Assembly: GCF_048403405.1 (NCBI RefSeq) | Contig: NZ_CP183129.1 | Origin: Escherichia coli | GTDB taxonomy: Bacteria; Pseudomonadota; Gammaproteobacteria; Enterobacterales; Enterobacteriaceae | Length of the DNA: 64,000 nt | Reading direction: 5' to 3' (one strand) | Shown here: positions 47,963 through 61,736 of the stretch, one piece after another | How the letters are laid out: the number at the start of each line of letters is the position of its first letter | Position numbering within the stretch: position 1 is the stretch's first letter | Made by a program: the position numbers and the translations under genes | The notes under the pieces: generated by a model | Told to the model about the DNA's origin: nothing | The model's input: the letters and a program-made list of their open reading frames with translations, nothing else | Databases searched by the model: none

Positions 47963-48223
47963 GATTGGCCTGCGTTCAAAAATAAAATGGCATAGCGGGC
48001 TATGCCGCGAGCGGGCGATTTTAGGTGATTTTGTGATCTGATTAAGTGTTTTATTGCAATCGGTTGCTAAATTGCATTTTAAGAGGTGATTTTGATCACA
48101 GAATAAAAAGTGATCGTCAGGTTACATATATTTCAGATACGTAAAATTAGGTAAAGGGATGGCCTTGTTCTTGAAGGCTATTTAGAATCTCTTCACTTGC
48201 TTTTTTTCTGCTCTGTTTGTTAA

Positions 48224-48805
<582 letters not shown>

Positions 48806-48909
48806 TGATTTCTCGCGCGGGCAATCTTGCCCGCGCTTCTGCTCTCCCGGCGTAACCCGGATTTGCCGCTTATACTTGTGGCAAATGGACACGTTCAGGG
48901 AGGCATCAA

Positions 48910-49077
48910 GTGAAGAAACTCACCGATAAGCAAAAGTCCCGTCTCTGGGAGCTTCAGCGTAATCGTAATTTCCAGGCCAGTCGCCGTCTTGAAGGCGTCG
49001 AGATGCCTTTAGTCACTCTTACTGCCGCAGAGGCTTTAGCGCGCCTTGAAGAGCTGAGGAGGCACTATGAGCGATAA
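48910..49077 (+). CDS. yhfG: small protein YhfG, antitoxin-like partner of Fic
   Basis: 55-aa GTG-initiated ORF (manual read) overlapping fic start by 11 nt; contains SRRLEG, matching the SxxxEG inhibitory motif of class I Fic partners. Confidence 0.75.
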   Translation: MKKLTDKQKSRLWELQRNRNFQASRRLEGVEMPLVTLTAAEALARLEELRRHYER

Positions 49078-49669
49078 ATTCGGCGAAGGGCGCGATCCGT
49101 ATCTTTATCCTGGCCTTGATATCATGCGTAACCGGCTGAACATCCGCCAGCAGCAGCGGCTGGAACAGGCCGCTTACGAAATGACGGCGCTGCGTGCTGC
49201 GACCATTGAGCTTGGTCCGCTGGTGCGCGGTTTACCGCATTTGCGCACTATCCATCGCCAGCTGTATCAGGATATTTTCGACTGGGCGGGGCAATTGCGT
49301 GAAGTTGATATTTATCAGGGCGATACGCCGTTCTGCCACTTTGCCTATATCGAAAAAGAGGGCAATGCCCTGATGCAGGATCTGGAGGAAGAAGGTTATC
49401 TGGTTGGCCTGGAGAAAGAGAAGTTCGTCGAGCGGCTGGCACATTACTATTGTGAAATCAACGTGCTGCATCCCTTCCGTGTGGGAAGCGGACTGGCACA
49501 GCGGATCTTCTTCGAGCAACTGGCGATTCATGCGGGCTACCAACTGAGCTGGCAGGGTATCGAAAAAGAGGCCTGGAATCAGGCAAATCAGAGTGGGGCA
49601 ATGGGGGATCTCACCGCACTGCAGATGATATTTAGCAAAGTGGTAAGCGAAGCCGGGGAATCTGAGTAA
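49067..49669 (+). CDS. fic: Fic family protein
   Basis: 200-aa ORF; Fic motif region reads [12 protein letters not shown] (degenerate versus canonical HPFx[DE]GNGRxxR). Confidence 0.9.
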   Translation: MSDKFGEGRDPYLYPGLDIMRNRLNIRQQQRLEQAAYEMTALRAATIELGPLVRGLPHLRTIHRQLYQDIFDWAGQLREVDIYQGDTPFCHFAYIEKEGNALMQDLEEEGYLVGLEKEKFVERLAHYYCEINVLHPFRVGSGLAQRIFFEQLAIHAGYQLSWQGIEKEAWNQANQSGAMGDLTALQMIFSKVVSEAGESE

Positions 49670-49700
49670 AATAGCGCGGTTCTTTCGTACCGGAGCCGCC

Positions 49701-50264
49701 ATGATCCTGCTTATAGATAACTACGATTCTTTTACCTGGAACCTCTACCAGTACTTTTGTGAACTGGGGGCGGATGTGCTGGTTAAGCGCAACGATGCGT
49801 TGACGCTGGCGGATATCGACGCCCTTAAACCACAAAAAATTGTCATCTCACCCGGACCCTGTACGCCAGATGAAGCCGGGATCTCGCTTGACGTTATTCG
49901 CCACTATGCCGGGCGCTTGCCGATTCTTGGCGTTTGCCTCGGTCATCAGGCAATGGCACAGGCATTTGGCGGCAAAGTTGTGCGCGCAGCAAAGGTCATG
50001 CACGGCAAAACCTCGCCGATTACACATAGCGGTGAGGGCGTATTTCGGGGGCTGGCAAATCCACTTACCGTGACACGCTACCATTCGCTGGTGGTGGAAC
50101 CTGACTCATTACCAGCGTGCTTTGAAGTGACGGCCTGGAGCGAAACCCGCGAGATTATGGGGATTCGCCATCGCCAGTGGGATCTGGAAGGTGTGCAGTT
50201 CCACCCGGAAAGTATTCTCAGCGAACAAGGACATCAACTGCTGGCTAATTTCCTGCATCGCTGA
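49701..50264 (+). CDS. pabA: aminodeoxychorismate synthase glutamine amidotransferase subunit
   Basis: 187-aa ORF, GATase class I (catalytic Cys in GVCLGHQ). Confidence 0.95.
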   Translation: MILLIDNYDSFTWNLYQYFCELGADVLVKRNDALTLADIDALKPQKIVISPGPCTPDEAGISLDVIRHYAGRLPILGVCLGHQAMAQAFGGKVVRAAKVMHGKTSPITHSGEGVFRGLANPLTVTRYHSLVVEPDSLPACFEVTAWSETREIMGIRHRQWDLEGVQFHPESILSEQGHQLLANFLHR

Positions 50265-50334
50265 TTTCTGATTGCTATTAAGTGATTTTTTATGCATATT
50301 TTGTGATTATAATTTCACATTGGTTTATGCGTAA

Positions 50335-51573
<1,239 letters not shown>

Positions 51574-51583
51574 GACGCATCAG

Positions 51584-51628
51584 GCCAAAGATGTCGGATG
51601 CGGCGTGAACGCTGTATCCGATGGTTTA
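51584..51628. repeat. REP (repetitive extragenic palindromic) element
   Basis: gatgtcggatgcggcgtgaacgctgtatccgat resembles the REP consensus, between convergent argD and yhfK. Confidence 0.55.
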
Positions 51629-51635
51629 GCCTGCA

Positions 51636-53738
51636 TTACGCCTTCGAATCCCGCAACTTGCGACTCAGCCAAATCCCGTGATGCGGTCGCTGACGCCATG
51701 CCATCGACGAAATGGTGTGCATGGTGTTCAGATGACCAATAACCCGCTGTAAATGCTGTTCCAGCGTACCTGCCGCGCCTTCGTGCGGCTGCATCTCCGG
51801 CGCATCCATGATATTGGCATCGCCAGAACTACCCGGTTCGTCATACTCTAGTCGCTGCTGACAACGCTGAATGGCGATTTCACAAGACTGTAAATACTCT
51901 TGTGCCAGTTCAGGTGGCAATGCCCGGTGTTCCCGCGCCAGCGTGGTCATGGCATTAATATGCTCAACAATAAACTGGCTGTGCGTTACCCACAGTTTCA
52001 TATCTGCCAGATAATGGCTGTTAAACGCCGGTTCCTGCATCGCCTGATTCAATGAGTTATACAGAGTGTTATGCGCTTGATTCACCCGCATTCGCTGCCA
52101 GGCCAGTGGCGTAGGTTGCGGATCCTCGCTCAGAATCAAGCGAATCGCTTCCTGATAGGCTTCTAAAGCGTCATGGGCGTTCTTACGCAATAACCCGCTC
52201 TGCCACTGCGGCCACAGCCAGACAGTACCGCCGAAAGCAATTAAACAACCAATAATGGTATCGATAAGACGTGGAAGGATGTACTGCTCACCGTTCAACC
52301 ACAATAGTTGCAGGGTATACACTGCGGTAATGGTAAAACCGACCGTCGCCCAGCCGTAGTTTTTGCGCAATATCAGGTAGCTGGCGAGGGTGGTAATCAG
52401 CATCAGGGTCAGGGTGTAACCTTCGGGAATTTTAAAGTGCAGGGCAACGCCCGCAATGATTAACCCGACCACGGTTCCCACGGAGCGATTCACAATCCTC
52501 AGACGGGTTGCGCCATAGCCATTTTGCGTCACCAGCAATACCGTCATCAGGATCCAGTACGACTTCGGCAGATGCAGTGCGGTGCCCATCAGGCTGGCAA
52601 CGCTTAACATCACACTGAGTCGTCCGGCATTGCGTAGCGCTGGAGACTTTAGTGACAGATAACTTTTCAGCGCCGGAAGTAACGGCATTCGCCGCTGTTT
52701 ATCGGCCAGTAAGTCACGGGCATAGAGCGGTTTTTGGGTGCGCAGCACGCGGGCGATGCGGCTGAAATGCCAGTAGCAGAATTGCCCAACCGGATTATCC
52801 GGATGCTGGCGGGCGATTTTTTCCAGTGCGCCAATTTGCTTCTCCATCGTAAAACGCGTCGGCAGGCGATGGTAAAGAATGTCATCAGCCAGCACGCGCA
52901 GGCGAGCGGCGACGGTTTGCGCATTCCAGCGGATAACTTCTTCCGCATGGCTACGCTCGACCAGTTTTTGCACCTCTTCCGGCTGATGCAAACTGACCGA
53001 AATATGTTCCTGTAAATCCAGCGCCTCCTGGAAAATACGCAGCATCCGCTTGTAATCGGTATTATTTTGCGCGGAAAGCATATGCATTTGCTGATAGCAC
53101 TGGGTAATTAGATCGACCGCTTTTTGCTGGCGCACCAGCAGCGGCGGCAGCGCTTTTTCAGGGTCGGTGTGCTGGGTAAGCAGGCTGTATTTGGCTTCAC
53201 AATAATCTGCCAGTTCGCGGTACAGCAGACTTAGTGACTCGCGCAGCGGTTGTTCGCGCCAGATCCAGAACCAAAACCAGTTAAACAATCCGTACCAGAG
53301 AGTGCCCAACGCATAGATGAGCAACGGTTCCCAGACCGGCATGTATCCTGCCAGACTGAGGGTAAAAATGGCGGCGAGCAGCGATGCGGGAAGCAATTTT
53401 GCGTGCAATGGCCCCAGCTCAGCAGTGACGCCAAGTACCAGCGTTAATCCGGTCAGCAAAAAGGGCAGAGGAACATCTTTTGCCAGTAGTAGCTGTGTCA
53501 GCAAGCTACAGGTGGCAAACAGCGACGCACCAATGATTAAGCGTTTGAAAAAACGTTTATGAGGCGTATCAAGGCCCGCAATATTGCAACAGGCAGGAAC
53601 GAGGGAGAAGAGCAGACCGAATCGTAATTCGCCAAGCATTAACCCAACGGCCACGGGCAAACATAGCACCAGCGTTTGTCGAAGTGCATAGTTGATATCG
53701 GGGTGATAAATCAGTCTGCGCCACATCGGGGGAAACAA
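51636..53738 (-). CDS. yhfK: inner membrane protein YhfK
   Basis: 700-aa membrane ORF. Confidence 0.85.
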   Translation of the reverse strand: MFPPMWRRLIYHPDINYALRQTLVLCLPVAVGLMLGELRFGLLFSLVPACCNIAGLDTPHKRFFKRLIIGASLFATCSLLTQLLLAKDVPLPFLLTGLTLVLGVTAELGPLHAKLLPASLLAAIFTLSLAGYMPVWEPLLIYALGTLWYGLFNWFWFWIWREQPLRESLSLLYRELADYCEAKYSLLTQHTDPEKALPPLLVRQQKAVDLITQCYQQMHMLSAQNNTDYKRMLRIFQEALDLQEHISVSLHQPEEVQKLVERSHAEEVIRWNAQTVAARLRVLADDILYHRLPTRFTMEKQIGALEKIARQHPDNPVGQFCYWHFSRIARVLRTQKPLYARDLLADKQRRMPLLPALKSYLSLKSPALRNAGRLSVMLSVASLMGTALHLPKSYWILMTVLLVTQNGYGATRLRIVNRSVGTVVGLIIAGVALHFKIPEGYTLTLMLITTLASYLILRKNYGWATVGFTITAVYTLQLLWLNGEQYILPRLIDTIIGCLIAFGGTVWLWPQWQSGLLRKNAHDALEAYQEAIRLILSEDPQPTPLAWQRMRVNQAHNTLYNSLNQAMQEPAFNSHYLADMKLWVTHSQFIVEHINAMTTLAREHRALPPELAQEYLQSCEIAIQRCQQRLEYDEPGSSGDANIMDAPEMQPHEGAAGTLEQHLQRVIGHLNTMHTISSMAWRQRPHHGIWLSRKLRDSKA

Positions 53739-53776
53739 AATGGCGCGCTACCAGGTAACGCGCCACTCCGACGGGA

Positions 53777-54409
53777 TTAACGAGTGCCGTAAACGACGAT
53801 GGTTTTACCGTGTGCGGAGATCAGGTTCTGATCTTCCAGCATCTTCAGAATGCGTCCCACGGTTTCACGAGAACAGCCGACAATCTGACCGATTTCCTGA
53901 CGGGTAATTTTGATTTGCATACCGTCCGGGTGAGTCATAGCATCCGGTTGTTTTGCCAGGTTCAGCAGAGTCTGTGCAATGCGGCCCGTCACGTCGAGGA
54001 ACGCCAGGTTGCCCACTTTCTCTGAAGTGACTTGCAGGCGACGCGCCATCTGTGCAGACAGACGCATCAGAATGTCCGGGTTTACCTGAATCAATTGGCG
54101 AAATTTTTTGTACGAAATTTCAGCCACTTCACAGGCGGTTTTCGCACGTACCCATGCGCTACGTTCCTGGCCCTCTTCAAACAGGCCCAGTTCGCCAATA
54201 AAATCACCCTGATTCAGATAGGAGAGGATCATTTCTTTACCCTCTTCGTCTTTGATCAGCACTGCCACAGAGCCTTTAACGATGTAGTACAGCGTTTCCG
54301 CTTTTTCACCCTGGTGAATAAGCGTGCTCTTGGATGGGTACTTATGAATGTGGCAATGAGACAAGAACCATTCGAGAGTCGGGTCTGTTTGCGGTTTGCC
54401 AAGCACCAT
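53777..54409 (-). CDS. crp: cAMP receptor protein
   Basis: 210-aa ORF identical, as far as I can recall, to E. coli CRP (…[30 protein letters not shown]). Confidence 0.98.
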
Positions 54410-54710
54410 GCGCGGTTATCCTCTGTTATAAGCTTTCTCCAGAGCCAGATAACGCCGCTGTCTCTGGATTGCCGAAATATGCTTCCCGCTACCTGGGAAG
54501 GGGCTATCAACTGTACTGCACGGTAATGTGACGTCCTTTGCATACATGCAGTACATCAATGTATTACTGTAGCATCCTGACTGTTTTAGCATAGCTTTCG
54601 CTTTGTGTCTCCTGGTGTCTCGCTTCAGCATGACCCAGGTCGCCTTCCGTTGCGCGATTTGGTTAGTACGCGTACTCTGTCAGGAAAATTGACGCAGTGG
54701 AGTAGCAAAA

Positions 54711-55115
54711 ATGCAAGCGCGAGTGAAGTGGGTCGAAGGGTTAACTTTTCTGGGCGAATCCGCCTCTGGTCTCCAGATTTTAATGGACGGCAACTCAGGC
54801 GATAAAGCACCAAGTCCGATGGAAATGGTGTTGATGGCGGCGGGGGGTTGCAGTGCCATCGATGTGGTTTCTATTCTGCAAAAAGGGCGTCAGGATGTGG
54901 TCGATTGTGAAGTAAAATTGACCTCTGAACGCCGCGAAGAGGCACCACGCCTGTTTACGCACATTAATCTGCATTTTATCGTCACCGGTCGCGACCTGAA
55001 AGACGCAGCGGTTGCGCGTGCGGTTGATCTCTCTGCCGAGAAATATTGTTCAGTAGCGTTGATGCTGGAAAAAGCGGTGAATATTACTCACTCGTATGAA
55101 GTGGTTGCCGCGTGA
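54711..55115 (+). CDS. yhfA: OsmC-family protein YhfA
   Basis: 134-aa ORF divergent from crp. Confidence 0.88.
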   Translation: MQARVKWVEGLTFLGESASGLQILMDGNSGDKAPSPMEMVLMAAGGCSAIDVVSILQKGRQDVVDCEVKLTSERREEAPRLFTHINLHFIVTGRDLKDAAVARAVDLSAEKYCSVALMLEKAVNITHSYEVVAA

Positions 55116-55135
55116 TTTAACTATCCCGTTGTGAA

Positions 55136-55160
55136 GCCGGATAGTATTTTATCCGGCGTA
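55136..55160. terminator. hairpin terminator between convergent yhfA and prkB
   Basis: gccggatagtattttatccggc. Confidence 0.55.
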
Positions 55161-55169
55161 ATAGCAGAG

Positions 55170-56039
55170 TTACTCGATTTTCTTTCCCTCCATCAATCGT
55201 TGCACCAGTGGCAGCATAATTAATTCCATTGCCAGACCCATTTTGCCGCCCGGTACCACTAACGTATTGATGTGGGAAATGAATGAGCCTTGCAACATCG
55301 CCAGCAGCCAGGGGAAATCGATCCCTTCCAGATTACGAAAATGGATCACCACAAAGCTTTCATCCAGCGACGGGATAGCTTTTGCCGCGAACGGGTTTGA
55401 AGTGTCGACGGTGGGAACGCGCTGGAAGTTAAGATGGGTGCGGGAAAACTGCGGTGTGATGTAGTTGATATAGTCTTCCATTGAGCGCACTACCGAGTCC
55501 ATCACTGCTTCTCGTGAGTGCCCGCGCTCGCTGGTGTCGCGGATCAGTTTTTGAATCCACTCAAGGTTAACGATAGGCACCACGCCGACCAGTAAGTCCA
55601 CATGCTGCGCAACGTTATGCTGTGGCGTGACTACGCCGCCGTGTAAACCTTCATAAAACAGTACATCAGTGGGTTCCGGTAAAGGTTGCCAGGGGGTGAA
55701 TGTCCCCGGTACCTGATTCCACGGTACGGCTTCATCGTAGGTATGCAGATATTTGCGAGATTTCCCTTTGCCGCTCTGACCGTATTCAATGAAGGTTTGT
55801 TCCAGCAGGCCGAAGTCGTTCGCTTCGGGGCCGAAGTAGCTGATATGCCGCCCGGCGTCGCGTGCTTTGCGGATCGCCATGTCCATTTCCGGGCGGGTGT
55901 AACGGTGAAAACTGTCGCCTTCCACCTCAGCTGCATGCAGATTTAACTGCGCGAATATTTTACGAAACGCGAGGCTGGTGGTGGTGGTCCCCGCGCCGCT
56001 GGATCCTGTTACCGCAATGACCGGATGTTTGGCAGACAT
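55170..56039 (-). CDS. prkB: phosphoribulokinase homologue
   Basis: 289-aa ORF with P-loop VTGSSGAGTTT. Confidence 0.92.
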   Translation of the reverse strand: MSAKHPVIAVTGSSGAGTTTTSLAFRKIFAQLNLHAAEVEGDSFHRYTRPEMDMAIRKARDAGRHISYFGPEANDFGLLEQTFIEYGQSGKGKSRKYLHTYDEAVPWNQVPGTFTPWQPLPEPTDVLFYEGLHGGVVTPQHNVAQHVDLLVGVVPIVNLEWIQKLIRDTSERGHSREAVMDSVVRSMEDYINYITPQFSRTHLNFQRVPTVDTSNPFAAKAIPSLDESFVVIHFRNLEGIDFPWLLAMLQGSFISHINTLVVPGGKMGLAMELIMLPLVQRLMEGKKIE

Positions 56040-56092
56040 AGTAACTCCATGACTTAGCTATCATTATTATCTCGTCCGCCGACGGTTGCAGG

Positions 56093-56311
56093 CTATTCGC
56101 GAAACTGACTGCGCGGCATGATATTGACCGTTTCGTGCAGCTCCGACCATACCAGCACCGCTTCTCCGCACTGTAGCTGGCGTTTGACGTCGGCGACTTT
56201 CTGTTCAAGTGTACGCTCATGTTCACCATAATCGGTGCCTTCACGTAACACAAAGCTTTCAATTAAATTTTCCAGCGTTTCGGGGGAGAGGTCTTGCCAC
56301 GGAATCAACAT
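56093..56311 (-). CDS. yheU: UPF0270 protein YheU
   Basis: 72-aa ORF. Confidence 0.85.
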
Positions 56312-57327
56312 GATTTCGCCTCCAGATACGTTGTTAACCAGTCAGGAATGCGTGACTCCAGCCACATTTGCGGATGAAGTAATGTACCGCCAATAAAGCC
56401 AACATGACCGCCATGTTCAGTCAGTTGATACTCCACCTGCGGGGGGAGACTTTCCGGTTTCGGGATCACCTGATGATCCATAAACGGATCGTCTTTGGCG
56501 TGAATAATCAGCGTCGGTTTGGCGATCCGGTTCAGCATCGGCATGGCGCTACACTGACGATAATAGTCGATAGCGTCAGCGTAGCCGTGAATCCTGGCGG
56601 TGATTAGATCGTCAAATTCACGGATGCGACGTACCGATTTTAATTGCGCGAGATTTATCGGCAGCGTTCCGGGGTAGGCAGCCAGCTTGCGTGTGGCATT
56701 GGCTTTTAACAGGTTCAGCAAGTAACGCTGATAAACGCGGGAAAAGCCCTTTTCCATATGGTAACTACAGGCTTCCAGCATAAACGGCGCAGAGACAATC
56801 ACCGCCGCATCAACCGGGAGATCATTGCCTTCTTTTGCCAGCAAACAGGCCAGCATATTACCGCCGAGCGAATAGCCGACGGCAGCCGTTGGCGCATGAC
56901 CAAACTCGCGTTGCAGCCAGCGTAAAAACCAACTGGCGTCTTCGGTTTCGCCCGAATGGTAAATGCGGTGCATACGGTTTGGTTCACCGCTGCATCCGCG
57001 AAAATGCATCACCACGCCCAGCCAGCCGCGCTTTTGCGCCGCCTCAACCAGACCGTGGGCGTAAGGGCTATTGAGACTGCCTTCGAGCCCGTGAAACACG
57101 ACTAAACGCGGTTTATGCCGCGCCTGTGCAGGATCTTCACTCCACGCGAGATCGACAAAATCGCCGTCGGGCAACTCCAGTCGCTGCCAGTGCGGGGTGA
57201 ATTTCACCTTGCGACGAAACAGACGCGGCAGCATGGTTTGTAGATGACAATTGCTAAAGCCGCGCATAGGGGTGAATTCAGCACTGCTGCTGAATTCATT
57301 GGCATCGGTCGTCGTTATCTGCGCCAT
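56305..57327 (-). CDS. yheT: alpha/beta hydrolase YheT
   Basis: 340-aa ORF with GYSLGG nucleophile motif. Confidence 0.88.
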
Positions 57328-59240
57328 CAGTTGCTTTGGCCTTCCAGCAGCATCTGCTCAAGCTGCTCCTGGGCTTCCAGCCACGCCATTTCGCACTCTT
57401 CCAGGCCGGATTTGGCGCTGGCTTGCTGTTGCAGGCAGGCGGTCAGTTCTGCTTTACGGCTTTGATCGTACAGTTCGCTGTCGCCGAGTTTCTCTTCCGC
57501 CTGCGCCAGCTGTGCGTTCAGCTTTTCCATCTCTTTTTCCAGACGGGCGATCTCTTTACGCAGCGGTTGGGTTTGCGCACGCAGCTCCGCTTCCCGACGC
57601 TTCTGATCTTTACGTGCCTGGGCGCTGTTTGCGTTCTCTTTTGGCGCTTCGGCGGTCTGGTTTTCCTGCTTTTGTACGTCGCTCAACCACTGTTGATAAT
57701 CTTCCAGATCGCCGTCGAACGGTTCGACTTTACGATCGTGAACCAGGTAGAGATCGTCAGTGGTGGAACGCAGCAAATGACGGTCGTGCGAGACGACAAC
57801 CAGCGCGCCTTCGAACTCGATTAATGCTTCAGTCAGTGCCTGACGCATGTCGAGGTCAAGGTGGTTAGTCGGTTCGTCGAGCAGCAGCAGATTCGGACGC
57901 TGCCAGACAATTAATGCCAGCACCAGGCGGGCTTTTTCCCCACCGGAGAAGCGGCGCGTTTCTTCCGTCACTTTATCGCCCTGGAAACCAAAGCCGCCGA
58001 GGTAGTCACGCAGTTTTTGCTCCAGTTCCTGCGGCGCTAAACGTGCCAGATGTTGAATAGGCGATTCGTCGGCGCGCAGGTATTCCAGTTGATGCTGGGC
58101 GAAGTAGCCGAGCTTGATCCCTTTCGCCAGACCAATTTCACCGCTGACTGGCTCAAGTTCACCGGCTAACAGTTTGATTAATGTCGATTTACCCGCGCCA
58201 TTGCGGCCTAACAGACCAATGCGCGAGCCGGGCACCAGGTTCAGTTTAATCGAGTCGAGAATAATGCGATCGCCATAGCCTGCGCTGACCTTTTCCATCT
58301 TCAGTAACGGATTTGGCAGGCTTTCCGGCGCGCGGAAGCTAAAACGGAACGGGTTGTCGACGTGCGCGGGGGCAATCAGCTCCATACGCTCCAGCATCTT
58401 AATGCGGCTCTGGGCCTGCTTCGCTTTGGTGGCTTTGGCACGGAAACGGTCGATATAACTTTGCAGATGCGCCACGCGTTCCTGCTGGCTTTCGTACATC
58501 GCTTGTTGCTGCGCCAGACGGGTGGCGCGCTGCACTTCAAACGAACTGTAGTTGCCGGTGTACTCGAACATGCTTTGTTGTTCGATATGAATAATTTTAT
58601 CAACGATCGGATCGAGGAAGTCGCGGTCGTGAGAGATCAGGATCAGCGTGCCCTGATAGCTCTTCAGCCATTTTTCCAGCCAGATAACGGCATCGAGATC
58701 GAGGTGGTTAGTCGGTTCGTCGAGCAGCAGCAAGTCTGAACGGCAAATCAGCGCCTGGGCAAGGTTAAGACGCATACGCCAGCCACCGGAGAAATCACTC
58801 ACCGGGCGCTCCAGTTGTTCATTGCTGAAACCGAGGCCGTGCAGCAGGCTGGCGGCACGGGAGCGAATACTCCATGCGTCGATAGCATCCAGCTTGCCAT
58901 GAATGGTGGCGATGGCGTGCCCGTCGTTACGTTCGTTGGCGTCGTGTAGCTGCGCTTCCAGTTGACGATATTCACGGTCGCCGTCAATGACATATTCCAG
59001 CGCCGCTTGCGGTAACGCCGGCGTTTCCTGATTCACCCACGCCAGTTGCCAGCTTCCCGGAAAGGTGTAGCTGCCGCCGTCGGCGCTGATTTCATTTTTC
59101 AGCAATGCCAGCAGGGTAGATTTACCACAGCCGTTTTTACCCACCAGGCCGACTTTCTGCCCGGGGTTGATGGTGGCGGTGGCATTATCCAGCAGGACGC
59201 GCACGCCGCGACGAATTTGTAACGAGGAGAAAACAATCAT
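57327..59240 (-). CDS. yheS: ABC-F family ATPase YheS
   Basis: 637-aa ORF with two ABC cassettes (GKNGCGKST and GRNGAGKST Walker A). Confidence 0.93.
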   Translation of the reverse strand: MIVFSSLQIRRGVRVLLDNATATINPGQKVGLVGKNGCGKSTLLALLKNEISADGGSYTFPGSWQLAWVNQETPALPQAALEYVIDGDREYRQLEAQLHDANERNDGHAIATIHGKLDAIDAWSIRSRAASLLHGLGFSNEQLERPVSDFSGGWRMRLNLAQALICRSDLLLLDEPTNHLDLDAVIWLEKWLKSYQGTLILISHDRDFLDPIVDKIIHIEQQSMFEYTGNYSSFEVQRATRLAQQQAMYESQQERVAHLQSYIDRFRAKATKAKQAQSRIKMLERMELIAPAHVDNPFRFSFRAPESLPNPLLKMEKVSAGYGDRIILDSIKLNLVPGSRIGLLGRNGAGKSTLIKLLAGELEPVSGEIGLAKGIKLGYFAQHQLEYLRADESPIQHLARLAPQELEQKLRDYLGGFGFQGDKVTEETRRFSGGEKARLVLALIVWQRPNLLLLDEPTNHLDLDMRQALTEALIEFEGALVVVSHDRHLLRSTTDDLYLVHDRKVEPFDGDLEDYQQWLSDVQKQENQTAEAPKENANSAQARKDQKRREAELRAQTQPLRKEIARLEKEMEKLNAQLAQAEEKLGDSELYDQSRKAELTACLQQQASAKSGLEECEMAWLEAQEQLEQMLLEGQSN

Positions 59241-59367
59241 AAGGTGCCGTATGTTCAGACTATGTTAACTTATCATTATGATAATGTAATGTATGGGCGA
59301 GCTGCCGCACCGGGCGCAATGGTAGCCCAAAACAGCGACTATACACAAAAACCATACCGGGAGGGGG

Positions 59368-59922
59368 ATGATGTCTCAGCCAGCGAAAGTTTTGCTGCTG
59401 TATGCCCATCCGGAATCTCAGGACTCGGTGGCAAACCGGGTACTGCTTAAACCGGCCACGCAGCTCAGCAATGTTACCGTGCACGACCTTTACGCGCACT
59501 ATCCCGATTTTTTTATTGATATCCCCCGTGAGCAGGCATTACTGCGCGAGCACGAGGTGATTGTCTTTCAGCATCCTCTTTATACCTATAGCTGCCCGGC
59601 GCTACTGAAAGAGTGGCTGGACCGGGTATTAAGCCGTGGTTTTGCCAGCGGGCCGGGAGGAAACCAACTGGCGGGAAAGTACTGGCGTAGCGTGATTACC
59701 ACCGGCGAGCCGGAAAGTGCTTACCGTTATGACGCCTTGAATCGCTACCCGATGAGCGATGTTCTGCGCCCCTTTGAACTAGCGGCGGGCATGTGCCGGA
59801 TGCATTGGTTGAGTCCCATCATTATTTACTGGGCGAGACGGCAAAGCGCACAGGAGCTGGCGAGTCACGCCAGAGCCTACGGTGACTGGCTGGCAAATCC
59901 GCTGTCTCCAGGAGGCCGCTGA
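59368..59922 (+). CDS. kefG: glutathione-regulated K+ efflux ancillary protein KefG
   Basis: 184-aa flavodoxin-like ORF. Confidence 0.93.
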
Positions 59923-61727
59923 TGGAAGGTTCCGATTTTTTACTCGCAGGAGTGTTGTTTCTCTTCGCGGCGGTGGCTGCGGTGCCGCTGGCATCGCGGC
60001 TGGGTATTGGCGCTGTGTTGGGATATTTGCTGGCAGGGATTGCAATTGGCCCGTGGGGGCTGGGTTTTATTAGCGACGTCGATGAGATCCTCCACTTTTC
60101 GGAACTCGGCGTGGTGTTCCTGATGTTTATCATCGGCCTGGAGTTGAATCCCTCCAAGCTTTGGCAATTGCGGCGTTCGATTTTTGGCGTAGGTGCGGCA
60201 CAGGTGCTGTTAAGCGCGGCGTTGCTGGCGGGATTATTGATGCTGACGGATTTCGCCTGGCAGGCGGCGGTGGTCGGTGGCATTGGCCTTGCGATGTCTT
60301 CAACTGCAATGGCGTTGCAATTGATGCGTGAGAAAGGGATGAATCGCAGCGAATCCGGGCAGTTAGGTTTCTCGGTACTGCTGTTTCAGGATCTGGCGGT
60401 GATCCCGGCACTGGCGTTAGTGCCGTTGTTGGCGGGTTCGGCAGACGAACATTTCGACTGGATGAAGATCGGCATGAAGGTGCTGGCGTTTGTCGGCATG
60501 CTGATTGGCGGGCGCTATTTACTGCGTCCGGTATTCCGTTTTATTGCAGCTTCTGGTGTGCGGGAAGTGTTCACCGCCGCGACGCTGCTGCTGGTGTTGG
60601 GTTCCGCATTGTTTATGGATGCGCTGGGGCTGTCGATGGCGCTCGGTACGTTTATTGCGGGCGTGCTGCTGGCGGAAAGTGAATATCGTCATGAACTGGA
60701 AACGGCTATCGATCCCTTCAAAGGCTTGCTGCTCGGTTTGTTCTTTATCTCTGTCGGCATGTCACTCAACCTCGGGGTGCTTTATACCCATCTGTTGTGG
60801 GTAGTGATAGCTGTGGTTGTGCTGGTGGCGGTGAAAATTCTCGTGCTGTATCTGCTGGCGCGATTGTATGGCGTGCGTAGCTCAGAGCGGATGCAGTTTG
60901 CTGGCGTGTTGAGTCAGGGCGGTGAGTTTGCCTTTGTGCTCTTTTCTACCGCTTCTTCACAACGCTTATTCCATGGCGACCAGATGGCGCTGTTACTGGT
61001 GACGGTGACGCTTTCCATGATGACCACGCCGCTGCTGATGAAGCTGGTAGATAAATGGCTATCCCGCCAGTTTAACGGACCGGAAGAAGAAGTCGAAAAA
61101 CCGTGGGTCAACGATGATAAACCGCAGGTCATTGTCGTGGGCTTTGGGCGTTTTGGTCAGGTGATTGGTCGCTTGCTGATGGCAAATAAAATGCGCATTA
61201 CTGTGCTGGAGCGGGATATCAGCGCCGTTAACCTGATGCGCAAATATGGCTACAAAGTTTATTACGGCGACGCCACGCAGGTCGATCTGTTACGTTCTGC
61301 GGGTGCAGAGGCCGCTGAGTCTATCGTCATTACCTGTAACGAGCCGGAAGACACCATGAAACTGGTGGAAATATGCCAGCAGCACTTTCCGCATTTGCAT
61401 ATTCTTGCGCGAGCGCGCGGACGTGTGGAAGCGCATGAGTTATTACAGGCAGGGGTGACGCAGTTTTCCCGTGAAACATTCTCCAGTGCGTTAGAGCTGG
61501 GGCGCAAGACGCTGGTCACGCTTGGCATGCATCCGCATCAGGCACAGCGGGCGCAACTGCATTTTCGCCGCCTGGATATGCGGATGCTGCGAGAGCTCAT
61601 CCCAATGCATGCCGATACCGTACAAATTTCTCGCGCCAGGGAAGCCCGACGCGAACTGGAAGAGATTTTCCAGCGTGAAATGCAACAAGAACGACGCCAG
61701 CTGGACGGCTGGGATGAATTTGAGTAG
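59922..61727 (+). CDS. kefB: glutathione-regulated potassium efflux system protein KefB
   Basis: 601-aa ORF, membrane domain plus C-terminal KTN/RCK domain (VVGFGRFGQ). Confidence 0.95.
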   Translation: MEGSDFLLAGVLFLFAAVAAVPLASRLGIGAVLGYLLAGIAIGPWGLGFISDVDEILHFSELGVVFLMFIIGLELNPSKLWQLRRSIFGVGAAQVLLSAALLAGLLMLTDFAWQAAVVGGIGLAMSSTAMALQLMREKGMNRSESGQLGFSVLLFQDLAVIPALALVPLLAGSADEHFDWMKIGMKVLAFVGMLIGGRYLLRPVFRFIAASGVREVFTAATLLLVLGSALFMDALGLSMALGTFIAGVLLAESEYRHELETAIDPFKGLLLGLFFISVGMSLNLGVLYTHLLWVVIAVVVLVAVKILVLYLLARLYGVRSSERMQFAGVLSQGGEFAFVLFSTASSQRLFHGDQMALLLVTVTLSMMTTPLLMKLVDKWLSRQFNGPEEEVEKPWVNDDKPQVIVVGFGRFGQVIGRLLMANKMRITVLERDISAVNLMRKYGYKVYYGDATQVDLLRSAGAEAAESIVITCNEPEDTMKLVEICQQHFPHLHILARARGRVEAHELLQAGVTQFSRETFSSALELGRKTLVTLGMHPHQAQRAQLHFRRLDMRMLRELIPMHADTVQISRAREARRELEEIFQREMQQERRQLDGWDEFE

Positions 61728-61736
61728 AGGGTAAAG

